From: a virus
Taxonomy: Duplodnaviria > Caudoviricetes
Virus record (IMG/VR): IMGVR_UViG_3300001598_000033
Location: 90,413-154,412 of that record
Length of the DNA: 64,000 nt
Direction: 5' to 3' (one strand)
The first letter of the stretch is position 1; each line of letters begins with the position of its first letter. The notes under the pieces are model-generated. The model was not told where the DNA came from, ran no database searches, and saw only the letters and a program-made list of their open reading frames with translations. Positions 19,677 to 30,700 of the stretch are shown here, in pieces. A program made the translations under genes and the position numbers.

Positions 19677-20573
19677 ATGGAATTTAAAGATTTTAAATAT
19701 ATGCACATAGAACACTGGGACACTGATGAAGTTTTACACTTAAAAAATTCTGAAGCCTTATGTGTTCAACCTAAGTTAGATGGTACTAACTGTTGTATAA
19801 CATTTGATAATGGTAATATTATTATTGGTTCCCGTAACCGTTTTATTACACCAGAAGATGATAATAATGGTTGCGCAAAATATATAATGGAAAACCTAAA
19901 GGAAGAATTGTTAGAGTATTTTAAAGCTAACCCTACAAACATTCTGTATGGTGAATACCTAATAAACCACGTTTTTAAGGTTAAACCAGAATATGTGAAT
20001 AGGTTTTATATCTTTGACGTATATGACAGGATTACCTGCGAATACAGACAACCAAATAGTACTGAAGAAGATGTTGGGTTGGATATTGTACCTACAATCC
20101 CAGCTCAAAACAGACCTAACTTTAAAGAATTTGTTTTAAGTGACCTAAAGCAATTCAGTAAATTCCTAATGGATGATGGATTTGAAACTGGTGAGGGTTT
20201 TGTAATTAAGGATTACACTAATCCTAGAAACAAATATGGAAGAATTTGCTGGGCAAAGGTATTATTTGAAAAACCTAAGTTTGAAGGCAAACATGTTGCT
20301 GGTAAGGACTTTTGGTTAAGCATAAGAGAAAAGTTTTTTACAGATGCTTTCATTGAAAAGGAAACTATTAAATACTTAGAAACTAATAATCTAATAGAAA
20401 TTGATAACTTTAATAAGTATGCTAATATTGTAATTGCAGAATTTATCAAGGAAGAAATTGCTAATATAATATTTAAGTGTAAGTATCCAAAAATCAATTT
20501 CCAGGAATTGAAAGTGTTTCTAACTAAGATTTTAAAGGATTTTCGTGATGTTCATAATAATAACCTTAAGTGA
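19677..20573 (+). CDS. RNA ligase (Rnl2-like nucleotidyltransferase)
   Basis: QPKLDGTN, GSRN, LYGE, FYIFDV, GEGFVIK motifs. Confidence 0.85.
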   Translation: MEFKDFKYMHIEHWDTDEVLHLKNSEALCVQPKLDGTNCCITFDNGNIIIGSRNRFITPEDDNNGCAKYIMENLKEELLEYFKANPTNILYGEYLINHVFKVKPEYVNRFYIFDVYDRITCEYRQPNSTEEDVGLDIVPTIPAQNRPNFKEFVLSDLKQFSKFLMDDGFETGEGFVIKDYTNPRNKYGRICWAKVLFEKPKFEGKHVAGKDFWLSIREKFFTDAFIEKETIKYLETNNLIEIDNFNKYANIVIAEFIKEEIANIIFKCKYPKINFQELKVFLTKILKDFRDVHNNNLK

Positions 20574-20751
20574 GTTTTTACATTGGTATGCCGAATTTAA
20601 AACTGTGATTTCTGTTAGAACAGACGATACAACATACCCTAGTTTAACAGTATCAGAATGGTTAAAGAATATGGAAAAGTACGAAGAAATTATGGATGAA
20701 GAAATATCTATAATCAGTGTAGAAGATAATGTGATGGTAATATATCTATGA
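20545..20751 (+). CDS. Small hypothetical protein
   Basis: ITLSEFL.../EEISIISVE pattern shared with neighbouring small ORFs. Confidence 0.5.
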   Translation: MMFIIITLSEFLHWYAEFKTVISVRTDDTTYPSLTVSEWLKNMEKYEEIMDEEISIISVEDNVMVIYL

Positions 20752-20957
20752 AAGTTGGTGAATTAATTTTTCATGCAGACCACTTCGACTATGTTGAGGT
20801 GGAGTTTAATAAAATCATAGCTTTTGAAGATGCAAAGGTTTTGCCTTTAGAAATCCTAGAAAAAGAAGTAATCAGTTTCAGTCCGTACATTGAAGATCCT
20901 TATGATCCAAATAGTAAAATAACTTTGCTAATAGAGGTTAAAGATGGAAGAATTTAA
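20748..20957 (+). CDS. Small hypothetical protein
   Basis: MKVGELI...ILEKEVISF; ATGA coupling. Confidence 0.6.
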   Translation: MKVGELIFHADHFDYVEVEFNKIIAFEDAKVLPLEILEKEVISFSPYIEDPYDPNSKITLLIEVKDGRI

Positions 20958-21090
20958 TTATGACGAGTTGTTGACTAAGAGACAAAAAGAGTTGCTAGAC
21001 GATTACATCAAAAGATCGCTAATGGCAGAAATAGAAGGAAAAGAATTTGAAAGAAAAGAAAGTGATGAAGAAGCAGAAAAAAATAATTAA
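20944..21090 (+). CDS. Small hypothetical protein (48 aa, not in the ORF track; possibly frameshifted at an A7 run)
   Basis: SD GAGG; MEEFNYDELLTKRQKELLDDYIKRSLMAE... Confidence 0.5.
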   Translation: MEEFNYDELLTKRQKELLDDYIKRSLMAEIEGKEFERKESDEEAEKNN

Positions 21091-21177
21091 AGAATTTTGT
21101 TCTTTGTTTAAACCTAATTATGGGTAAGAAAATGAAAACTACGGTAAATATTTAGTGAGACGCAATAGAGGTAGAAA

Positions 21178-21444
21178 ATGAAAATAAGAGAATTTTTTGA
21201 ATTATATAGAGAACCTGAATGTGTAGAAGATTATGTTTGGGAGTTTAATATAGATAAAAAATATAAAATCATTGATAAGCAAGGTTTGCTTAACTACCCA
21301 GAATTATTTGATAAAGAAATGACCTATTTTACCATAGTTAATCAGATTGACTATGAAAAGGACGTAGTTTATAGTTTTGGTGGATTAAAAGTATATCCAA
21401 AAGCTAGGGTATACATATACACAACTGAATATAACGGAGTTTAA
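21178..21444 (+). CDS. Small hypothetical protein
   Basis: SD GAGG; MKIREFF...LFDKEM. Confidence 0.65.
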   Translation: MKIREFFELYREPECVEDYVWEFNIDKKYKIIDKQGLLNYPELFDKEMTYFTIVNQIDYEKDVVYSFGGLKVYPKARVYIYTTEYNGV

Positions 21445-21642
21445 ATGATTTACTGTAAGGAAAATGTTTCCGATTGTATAGTGCATATTGGCAAAACTGG
21501 TTTATTTTCCCATAGTGAAGATTTTAAAGAATTTGCTCAGGGAAAACTAACTAGAATTGTTATTTGCGAAGATAAAGTGCTTTATGAGTGTAATTATGCA
21601 GATAAGAAATTTTGCTATTTTAGATATTTTAAAATCATATAG
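21445..21642 (+). CDS. Hypothetical protein (short member of the 21661/22187 family)
   Basis: IGKTGLFSHSEDF..FAQGKL resembles IGEEVYLSNDSDF..YFKGKL. Confidence 0.55.
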   Translation: MIYCKENVSDCIVHIGKTGLFSHSEDFKEFAQGKLTRIVICEDKVLYECNYADKKFCYFRYFKII

Positions 21643-21660
21643 CATATATGGAGTTAAGAA

Positions 21661-22200
21661 ATGTCTGAACAACTAGATTTAGAAAATACAAGAATATACT
21701 TAAATACATATGGTGATATCTTATGCGCCTTTACACACATAGGTGAGGAAGTTTATCTTTCTAACGATAGTGATTTTGGTACATATTTTAAAGGGAAGCT
21801 TATTGGTATTACTTATGTAAATGTAAATGATAGCACTTATACAAGGTATCCTTTTATTGGAAGAACTGTTGGAAATAGTGGTTTAGAAATAAGCGGGAAT
21901 TATATGTATTTTATCCTTGAAAAAGACACCAAGTTCAAGGAAAAGAAATTAAGACCTTATGGTATAAACGAATTTTTTGATAAATTCACTATGCTTTCAA
22001 GAATTACCTTTAGAGAAAAAGGGAATAATGACTGTATTATTACTTGTATTGTTAATGGTTATAGGACTAGACCTGTCTGCATAGATGTATGTTTAGGTGT
22101 AGAGTGGATATCTCTAGGAACACTTTTTGATAAGTATGAATATAAAGATAAATTAGGTAATTGGTCACCATTTGGAGTGTTAGAAAATGAAAAAGATTAA
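21661..22200 (+). CDS. Hypothetical protein, paralogue 1
   Basis: EEVYLSNDSDF...LFDKYEY...WSPFGV. Confidence 0.7.
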   Translation: MSEQLDLENTRIYLNTYGDILCAFTHIGEEVYLSNDSDFGTYFKGKLIGITYVNVNDSTYTRYPFIGRTVGNSGLEISGNYMYFILEKDTKFKEKKLRPYGINEFFDKFTMLSRITFREKGNNDCIITCIVNGYRTRPVCIDVCLGVEWISLGTLFDKYEYKDKLGNWSPFGVLENEKD

Positions 22201-22726
22201 TACAAACAAAAGTGTAATTTATGGAAATGGAATATCCGATTTAAAAAAGTCTTCTAAATACTTAAATGAAGAAGTTTATTTTTCAAATTTTTCAGACTTT
22301 TCTGAATACAAAGAAGGTATACTAAAATCAGTTAAGATGTCTTATGGTGCTGGTTATTCTTATGGGAATGGGTGTGATAATCAGAACTACAACTATTTCA
22401 TACCCAAAGACATGGTTGCGTTTGGTGATGAACCGAAAAAATATTACAAACCTTTCAAAACTATTGGAGAATTGCTAGACAGTACAGGTTTAGTCTTTCA
22501 CCAATACCCAAACACAGTTCAATATCTAGAATTTAGAAGTAATTGTGGCGATACATACTACCTATCTTATAATGGATATGAAATAGACAAATTCGGAACT
22601 GTTTATATCCATTTGGGTTCATTAACATTTACACTTAAGGAGTTATTTAATTCCTATGAATACACTTCGGATGGCATTAAGTGGCTACCTTTTGGTGTAG
22701 AATGTGAGAAAGATGAAGTAGAATAA
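22187..22726 (+). CDS. Hypothetical protein, paralogue 2
   Basis: EEVYFSNFSDF...LFNSYEY...WLPFGV. Confidence 0.7.
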   Translation: MKKINTNKSVIYGNGISDLKKSSKYLNEEVYFSNFSDFSEYKEGILKSVKMSYGAGYSYGNGCDNQNYNYFIPKDMVAFGDEPKKYYKPFKTIGELLDSTGLVFHQYPNTVQYLEFRSNCGDTYYLSYNGYEIDKFGTVYIHLGSLTFTLKELFNSYEYTSDGIKWLPFGVECEKDEVE

Positions 22727-22800
22727 AATAGCATTTTATTTAATTATATTAATTTTTTATTAATATTATATTATAGAAATACTAAAAAATTTTTCTTTTT

Positions 22801-22901
22801 TTTTTAAAAAATCTAAAAAAAAGTGTTGACTTTTATTTTAAAGTATGCTATAATATATACATAAAGATAAGAAATTAAAGAAAACTTAAGAGGTAAAGAA
22901 T
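22801..22901 (+). promoter_or_regulatory. Early sigma70 promoter cassette
   Basis: TTGACT(22826)-17 nt-TATAAT(22849) with extended -10 TG; RBS GAGG. Confidence 0.9.
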
Positions 22902-23357
22902 ATGAAATTAGATGTTATGGAAATTTGTGAAATGTGTGAAAAGAGCAAAGATGAATTTTGCAATAAATTTGCCAAGGAAGCTCAAGCTGAATTAGATGCA
23001 ATGATTCCAGAATGTCCAGAAGGCGAAAAGTTTAAAGAAATTAAGGAAGCCATTGATAAAGGTTGCAAGTATTTCAATTCTAGCTATTGGTCAGATGTAT
23101 ACCCAGGAATTATCACAAAGGTAATAAACCCAAAAACCATTGAAGTGTTGGAGTTGGATCGCATTGCTGATGTGAGAAAGGCATGTGGGCCTGGTTATCA
23201 GAATTGGATAATTTACAGAGATGACAATAAATGTACAAAGCATATCTTTACACTAAGAAAGAATGGAAGATGGATTGAGAAGGGTGGTACAATGAAGAGT
23301 GGATTACACGGTAGTATTTGTGACGACCCCCACTATTATTACGATTGGTCATTTTAA
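22902..23357 (+). CDS. Hypothetical early protein
   Basis: Single-gene unit between early promoter and terminator; WSDVYP...FTLRKNGRW...YYDWSF. Confidence 0.75.
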   Translation: MKLDVMEICEMCEKSKDEFCNKFAKEAQAELDAMIPECPEGEKFKEIKEAIDKGCKYFNSSYWSDVYPGIITKVINPKTIEVLELDRIADVRKACGPGYQNWIIYRDDNKCTKHIFTLRKNGRWIEKGGTMKSGLHGSICDDPHYYYDWSF

Positions 23358-23379
23358 TACTATAGCATGATAAACGTTG

Positions 23380-23411
23380 TATAACCCTATTTTCATAGGG
23401 TTATATTTTTT
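23380..23411. terminator. Intrinsic terminator
   Basis: TATAACCCTAT-TTTC-ATAGGGTTATA plus T run, between convergent genes. Confidence 0.75.
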
Positions 23412-23414
23412 AAA

Positions 23415-23687
23415 TCACTTTATAAAAATATTTACTATTTGGTTATTATTTAACCCCAAATACATCGATATTACTTTTATATCTTTTATTGATAAATGAT
23501 GATGTATTTTATAGCTTAATTGCTGAGGAGATATATTTAAAACTTCTGCTAAATTATTAAATCTTGTATTTGTTACCTTTAACAATAACTGTAATCTCTT
23601 AATCAAAGTAATTTCAGAAGTTTTAAATATATCACCTTTAATATAAAATATATCACCATTTTCAGACATTATAGACTGTAATGGCAT
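23415..23687 (-). CDS. Cro/C1-type HTH protein
   Basis: LAEVLNISPQQLSYKI...LSIKDIKVISMYLGL. Confidence 0.65.
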   Translation of the reverse strand: MPLQSIMSENGDIFYIKGDIFKTSEITLIKRLQLLLKVTNTRFNNLAEVLNISPQQLSYKIHHHLSIKDIKVISMYLGLNNNQIVNIFIK

Positions 23688-23696
23688 AATATTTCC

Positions 23697-24179
23697 TTAT
23701 GGTTTAAGTTGATCCTCTGTTAGTATTATAAACTTCATATTTTGCTGTTTAGCAAATTCATCAGCTGATTTCCATTTAGCTTGATTTACTAAATAAGTTT
23801 CTATTGAATCTTTATAATACTTTGCATTCTTTTCATTTAGTACTTTTGGTTTCTTTGGCTTTTGTGTTTCTCCTTTTGATTTAATTTCTACAATAAATTT
23901 ATCTCCTGTAATGAACTCTAAAAACATATCTATAAAATACCTATGTTGTTTATTATCAGTAGGTTTTATATATTTAATATTAAAAGGTTCAATACTAAAC
24001 CTTTTAATTTTAGGGTTCATATCAGCATACCTAAACGCTATTCGTTCAAGCATAGATTTATATTGAATATACGAAACCCCATTTTGTATTGTATAGGATT
24101 CCATATATTCATCTAACGGTTTAATAAATTTCTCAGGGTGTTGCAAAGCATACCACCCTTTATGAGATTTGTATTTCAT
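23697..24179 (-). CDS. gp4: Head completion nuclease
   Basis: HPEK, YKSMLER, HRYFID, VEIKS, VNQAKW, FIILTE. Confidence 0.9.
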   Translation of the reverse strand: MKYKSHKGWYALQHPEKFIKPLDEYMESYTIQNGVSYIQYKSMLERIAFRYADMNPKIKRFSIEPFNIKYIKPTDNKQHRYFIDMFLEFITGDKFIVEIKSKGETQKPKKPKVLNEKNAKYYKDSIETYLVNQAKWKSADEFAKQQNMKFIILTEDQLKP

Positions 24180-24182
24180 TTA

Positions 24183-24971
24183 TTAGAAAATAATTCGCCA
24201 TGTAATTTTTAATTCAGTTGTATCATCTTTTACTTTAGCTGGAAATGTTTTCATGGAAAATAATCTTCCATTTACATATAAACCAGCTTCTGTAAATAAT
24301 GATACTTCACTATTAAACCCTGCTTCACTTGCATTATGCTGATTATTTGCCTGACTCTTTGGTATAGTGAATACAAACTGACATATTGTCTGTTTTAAGA
24401 TATCTTCTGAAACATCTTCAGGTATAGACACTGTACATCCACATCTATTATCTTTTGAAGCACCAATTGTTAAATTAGTTCCATCATATGTATTACCTTC
24501 TAAACTGAAGTTTATATTATAATAATATGGTTTAGAAGTTTGTACAAAATCTTCACCATTTATTGCAGTATCGGTAATAGGTAAGACTTTATCTTCTCCA
24601 GTATATCTGTAATACTTATTATAATACTTAACAATATCCCATTTACGCAAATCAGCATTGCTACCTTCAGTTACTGTTATTACAGGTTGTTCTGAGTATA
24701 AACATTGATGTAGTTTATCCTTATTAAATCCTGTTTGTTCTGATTTAGGGGTATATTCCGAGAATGTACAACCTTCAGTACCAATTACAAATCTATTGGC
24801 GAATTGGATGTTTTTATCGATGTTCTTTCTATTAAGGAATATTTCAGCCATTGAACGTCTCGCTGACATCATAATGGTATTATGGTCTTCAAATACATCA
24901 ACCACCTTACCATCTTTTATACATTCAACTTTGAAATAACCCTCAAATCCGGTTCTAATCTGATCTTTCAT
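24183..24971 (-). CDS. Baseplate/tail structural protein
   Basis: EDHNTIM; FTEAGLY...LFSMKTFP.KVKD...LKITWRI, typical of phage baseplate/fibre-attachment proteins. Confidence 0.55.
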   Translation of the reverse strand: MKDQIRTGFEGYFKVECIKDGKVVDVFEDHNTIMMSARRSMAEIFLNRKNIDKNIQFANRFVIGTEGCTFSEYTPKSEQTGFNKDKLHQCLYSEQPVITVTEGSNADLRKWDIVKYYNKYYRYTGEDKVLPITDTAINGEDFVQTSKPYYYNINFSLEGNTYDGTNLTIGASKDNRCGCTVSIPEDVSEDILKQTICQFVFTIPKSQANNQHNASEAGFNSEVSLFTEAGLYVNGRLFSMKTFPAKVKDDTTELKITWRIIF

Positions 24972-24979
24972 TATAACCT

Positions 24980-25234
24980 CTAAATTTCAAACCAAACTAT
25001 AAGTTGCAATGTTTGGTTTTTCATACCTTTATATAATTTTGAATTTGCGGTATTCCACCATAGCATAATGCCATTAGATGTAAATCCATCATAAGTTGGT
25101 GGATCATTACTTTCGATAATTTTAGTATAACTCTTTAGTGTTTCTGTTATTCCATGTGCTCTCCATAAAGCTTCAACAGCATGTTGTGCTGTCATACCAC
25201 AAGGATAAGCTTGAAATCCGTCTAATGTTGCCAT
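24980..25234 (-). CDS. Hypothetical structural protein
   Basis: In the baseplate operon; late promoter at 25263..25270 (-). Confidence 0.6.
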   Translation of the reverse strand: MATLDGFQAYPCGMTAQHAVEALWRAHGITETLKSYTKIIESNDPPTYDGFTSNGIMLWWNTANSKLYKGMKNQTLQLIVWFEI

Positions 25235-25282
25235 ATTAAATCCTTTAAATTTATAATAATATTATTTATATATTAAACAATA

Positions 25283-27691
25283 TTAATTCCTTTTAGCAGT
25301 AATTACGTTATTTATTCTTAACCAAGAAGCTCTGTCTATAGTTTCTGGATATCCACCTAGTTCTACAGTGAATAAAAATGTATTTTCATTATTATTAGTA
25401 ATAAAACTATGTGCTAATGCATCTTCGTAATTAGCAAAATCACAACCCTTCGCATCATCATTAAATACTAAGAAATATTCAGATCCTACTACATCAATAA
25501 AAATACTATCCTTAATTCTTCTAGAATCGTCCGATACAAATTGTTCTGAGGTATCACAATCTATATGATTATATCCCTTATTAATAAATACCCCTTGTGG
25601 TGTTAAAGCCTCATCCAATCCAGTTAAATTATATTCAAGGTAATTATCTAAATTTACATAATCAGAACCTATTAAGTTCATTTCTCTGAATTCATAGCTA
25701 TGTAAATCACTTAAAATTGGTCCTGTTGTTGGGTACCTATACATTTGTTTAGTATCTGTGTTTTTAAATTCAACAGGGCTAATTATTGACTGATTTAGGT
25801 TAGGTTTTTTAAATATAGGCATTTGTAGTTCTGTGTTATGATAATTTTCTACAAATAAGTTAGTCTTTATATATAAATTATTAATATATAATATTAATAT
25901 ATCATTAATTTTTCTTTCAATTCTAAACTCACCATTATTAACATTAACAGTTGATTTATTACCATTGAAATCAATATTTAAAGTTTGTAAGTTTGATTTT
26001 CCTTTTATAATAAGTCTACCGGTTATGTCGTTATAAGTCCAACTGGTAATCCATGTACCTTTATTTTCTGTACTTAATAAATCTAATATATTAGTTTGTA
26101 AATATACATCAGATTCTGTAGTTAAAGCTCTTACATTTATAATACCTGCATATCCAGAAAGGTTAAGACTAACATTATTCTCACCTTCACAATATGTTTT
26201 TCTAAAACTATGTCCATAAGAATCGCTTATACTGATATAGGTTTCAAAATTATTCTTAAAAGACATATCAAATATAAATTGTTCATCCCAATTTCTTAAA
26301 TCACTTTGGTCCATCTGAACAGCAATTACATTATTACAACCTTCATCATAACCTTGGGTATACACCATACTTTGTCCATAAAGTTTAAACGCTTTATTGT
26401 GGTTTGGCTCTAAGTACTTATAAACTCCATGAGTTGGCTCAATGGCAGTTTCGGATTCCATATCATCTGTGTAAAGGAATTTGTAATCTAAAAGATCGTT
26501 TATTTCTTTTGTAGATCCACAATCCAACACCCAATAAGGATCCAATTTGTACATTTTAGATAAATCAGGCTCTACATCATAATAATCCAATTTACCAAAG
26601 TATACACTGTCATTATCGTAATATAATGAATAACCATTGCTAAATGTAACTAAAGAATTTTTACATTCCTGATTTTCACCATAGTAAAAATTGTATCTCT
26701 CAAACTCATATGGTACTAATAATATATCACAATCCTCCATATACATATCAATATACTCAGGATTAAATTCACTATCAAGTTGTTTAATAACCATTTTTTC
26801 AATATCAGATACAGTAACACTTCTATTGTAATCATTTATAGAATTATTACCTTGCGCATCTAAATGTTTACTATAATATAAAGGACCTTCTTTCCATATT
26901 GTATTATATCTAGTTTCGTCTGATTTAACGGCTTCTCTTAAATTATCTAAAAATTCTGTAGGAGTTAAATTAGTAAAGAAAATACATTTACCTGCACGTC
27001 TTAATACAATTCTAGGTAACTTGTAAATAAATTCAATACCAAAATAATCTTCAAGAATAAAGCTTAACATAGTTGTATAAGCATAACACCATCCAACAGG
27101 GTGCGCCAAATCATGCATAAACTCGGTAAAATAATACTTATGAAGCGATCCGCTATAGTTCATAATGAAGTTGCTAGGCACTTTAGAATCCAGTGTTAAA
27201 TCGCTTTTTAAGTACCCTGTTTCTATATACTTTGCAAATTGGTATATGTAATGGATAGCATTTTCAGTACCCATTGATTGTTGTACAATTCTGAACGAAC
27301 CTAAGAATTCAGATGTTAATATATTATGTTGTTCCTCAAATATTAAAGAAGTTTTATAATTACGCATCTGGGTAGCTTCTCTAATATTATTGTTTAATTG
27401 GGCTTTAGTAATACAATCATATAATAATCCCAAATAAGTCATAAACAACCCTTTCTTCAGGTTGTCTTTTGATTCTTTAAGAAAAGCACTGTCAGTTACT
27501 ACTAATGTGTTACCTTTATCATCTTGAGTGTACCATGCTTCGTCATCCACAGAATACAACTTAGATATCCTTTGAGATATTGCTCCATTACGGTTCAACA
27601 TCTCAATGAATATAGCTAATGATTTTTGTACTAATGGTATATTTTTAATGTTATCGGGTACAATAGCATCAAAAATTACATTTAATTCCAT
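25283..27691 (-). CDS. Baseplate wedge protein (gp7-like)
   Basis: MGTENAI..I and LAHPVGW motifs; follows gp6. Confidence 0.6.
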   Translation of the reverse strand: MELNVIFDAIVPDNIKNIPLVQKSLAIFIEMLNRNGAISQRISKLYSVDDEAWYTQDDKGNTLVVTDSAFLKESKDNLKKGLFMTYLGLLYDCITKAQLNNNIREATQMRNYKTSLIFEEQHNILTSEFLGSFRIVQQSMGTENAIHYIYQFAKYIETGYLKSDLTLDSKVPSNFIMNYSGSLHKYYFTEFMHDLAHPVGWCYAYTTMLSFILEDYFGIEFIYKLPRIVLRRAGKCIFFTNLTPTEFLDNLREAVKSDETRYNTIWKEGPLYYSKHLDAQGNNSINDYNRSVTVSDIEKMVIKQLDSEFNPEYIDMYMEDCDILLVPYEFERYNFYYGENQECKNSLVTFSNGYSLYYDNDSVYFGKLDYYDVEPDLSKMYKLDPYWVLDCGSTKEINDLLDYKFLYTDDMESETAIEPTHGVYKYLEPNHNKAFKLYGQSMVYTQGYDEGCNNVIAVQMDQSDLRNWDEQFIFDMSFKNNFETYISISDSYGHSFRKTYCEGENNVSLNLSGYAGIINVRALTTESDVYLQTNILDLLSTENKGTWITSWTYNDITGRLIIKGKSNLQTLNIDFNGNKSTVNVNNGEFRIERKINDILILYINNLYIKTNLFVENYHNTELQMPIFKKPNLNQSIISPVEFKNTDTKQMYRYPTTGPILSDLHSYEFREMNLIGSDYVNLDNYLEYNLTGLDEALTPQGVFINKGYNHIDCDTSEQFVSDDSRRIKDSIFIDVVGSEYFLVFNDDAKGCDFANYEDALAHSFITNNNENTFLFTVELGGYPETIDRASWLRINNVITAKRN

Positions 27692-27710
27692 TTTATCTCC
27701 TTATTAACTA

Positions 27711-30700
27711 TTAGTATAACTCAACAGCATTCTTAAACTTAACGTTATTTAAACGAGGAACTACGTTCTTTATTACTTTAAAGTTAGTGCTTGGATACTT
27801 AACATTTAAATATACATTTTGTCTAAATAAGTCAGTAGTTAATGGTGTATATAAGTAATCACTTTCCTTATAATTTCTTATAATTTCACCTGTATAATAA
27901 TCAGTATCTGAAACATCTTCTATGGTATCAACCAAATAACCTTCTGTTGTAATATAACGGTTATTTGAAGTTCCATTTACTGTTGTGTAATTTTCTGATC
28001 TTAATAAACTATTTATTTTAGCTACAACATTTGCAGGTATTTCTGTTTCTTCATTTATTTCCATAGCACTACCATCTTCTTCAGTAGTTGTTATATACTT
28101 TTTATCAGATGTATATAAGTATGCTCTAGGATTGCTATATGTTACATCAATATAATTTACATCATCATATATTGCAGTTTCATTTGCATTAAATACATTA
28201 TATAATTCTGTATTTTCATTTAATGTATTTGTTCTCATACCATTAGAGGCATCTTTAAATCCTTCATGGTCGCCATTTACAAATAAATGTATTAATATAT
28301 CTTTATTAAAAGTATTATTTAAATAATAATATCCACATGTTCTGGAGAATTCAATTTCCAAAATTTTACCTACTTGGTTGGTAATTAAATTGCTTCTAAT
28401 CCTTAATTTAGATCTATCTTCATAATTTGGTATGTACGCAGAACCATTAACTAATGCATCATTTGCAATAACTGTGTCATATTGCCCTGAAGCATTTACT
28501 ACACATACCCTGCACTTAATACCATTATATGATTCATCTTTTGTATTATCAGGAGCTAACCTAAACCCTAATTGTATATCAACAAACCCGTTAGCATCAA
28601 AGAAATCCTTTAATTCTTGTGTTAACAAATAACGGCATTTCATTTTGATCTTTATAGGCGCTATAAACATCTTTGTGTTAATATCCGAATAATCCTTTTC
28701 TGCGTCAGTGCTTTGTAATACTTTGTTTTTATTAGTATTTTCAATTATATTTGTCCAATCTGTATATAAATCACCAGTTACTAATGAAAATCTTAAAGCA
28801 TCCTTATCACCGTACTTACCAACATATAATCCATCATATTCAGATGGAACTTCATTTCTTATCTTATCATATGTAAAATTAATAAAGTTTTCTGTATCGA
28901 TACTTGGTAATCTTGAAGGGTCTAAGAATCCATCATCTGTAAAGTATTTTTCAAATGGTACGCCTAGTGGAATATAAACATCTTTATATTCGGATTTCCA
29001 ATTTTCAGTACTTAATGTCTTTTCATTTAATATTAACTGTGTTTCCAATGTACTTGTAAAACCACATAAATCTGAAATTAAATAATCTAATCTCTTAACT
29101 ATATTGGTATGGAAATATTCCACATCAAAATTTTCTAAATGTAAAGAATCATCTCCGCAGAAACAAGCATTTAAAGCATCAAATAATTTTTTATGTACAT
29201 TAGAAGTCTTATCTTTTATATTATATTTTAATATATTAAAATTATAATTAAAATTCATATAAATTGGGTGTCTATGATGGAAAGTTAAACTCGGAACGCA
29301 TTTATCAATTAAATCACCCCAAACACCACTATATTTTCTTACAATAGTACCATTTTCATCTTTTTCAGCTCTATATCCTTTTATTTCTGTATTTAAGATA
29401 TAATTCTTTCTATAGTATTCATTTCTTAATTGAGTTTGGTAAGTACTATCACCTTCAGCATAATTGTATACTAATTGGTTATTAGTTCTTTGGTACTCTG
29501 TATTATTATTATCTGAAATGAATTGCCTTGTAGATGATTTTTCAGGCATAAAGCTAAACCAAATATGACCAGGCGCTTTAGGAAACTCATCTTCACCACC
29601 CCACACAGAACTGTCATAAACATAAGGACTACGATTACAAGCATACTTATAATCCAACTTAGTGATTAAACGGTTAGCACTATTGTATACCTTTGGTGCG
29701 TTTTGTTGGATACTGTAACTTGATTCTTCATCAGCTCCTGTAAGTACTAAGTCACAACCAATAATTTGTGCATCTGCAAATATATTTTTAATATAGTCCG
29801 GTTGTGTATCCACACCACAAGGTAATTCAGGTAATTCTAACCCAGAAAATACATTTAATTCTATAGTTGTTGGATCTGATGCTGTTTCTTCTCTGTACTC
29901 AGCTTCTGTTTGTTTATGGTCATACATTTGGTCATAATTAGGTAAACTAAATATATACTTTTCAGAACTTGTATTTAACTCACCTTCAGAACCCTTAGTT
30001 TTTAGGATACTGATTTGCACAACAGATCCGAATGGAACACCCTCACCTAACCCCGCATATTTAAAGTATATTCTAGGTGTGCCCATTTCAATATCATCAA
30101 TACGAATGAATTTATGATTAACTGCACCAGTATATGTAGAATCCTTTTCAAAGAAATAATCAGAAACTTTATTATATGGTATTTTTTCTTGATAATTGCC
30201 ATAACTGTCGTAATAAGATACATATACATTAATACCATCATTCTCAACATTAGTATATGGAATATCAATATAATTTCTTACAGTTGTTTGCCCATTAACA
30301 GTAATTGAACCTATAGTAACTTCTAATGAACTAGGATCTATACTATAATCAATTATTTCACCTTCCTTTACAGGAATTTCAATATTCCTATTGCGTTCAA
30401 ACATTGCATGAAGTTCTTTAAGATTATCAACATAAAATCCATCTTGAGTCTTAGCTGTTTTAATATACCCGTTATTTTCATTATACTCTAATTCTAATGT
30501 TCTTTTATCGTATTCTACATCACCAACTTTAAATTTACCTGTATCAATAACAATGCCATTTTCTTTAGAGTTATGTAAATCATTATTTTCTATAAAAACA
30601 TAAGTATTATCGTTGGATGTAAATTTTGTATACTTAGGAATTGTAATTTTGCCATAACCAATCATATTATATCCTAACTTAATAGTTAGTTTATATTGAT

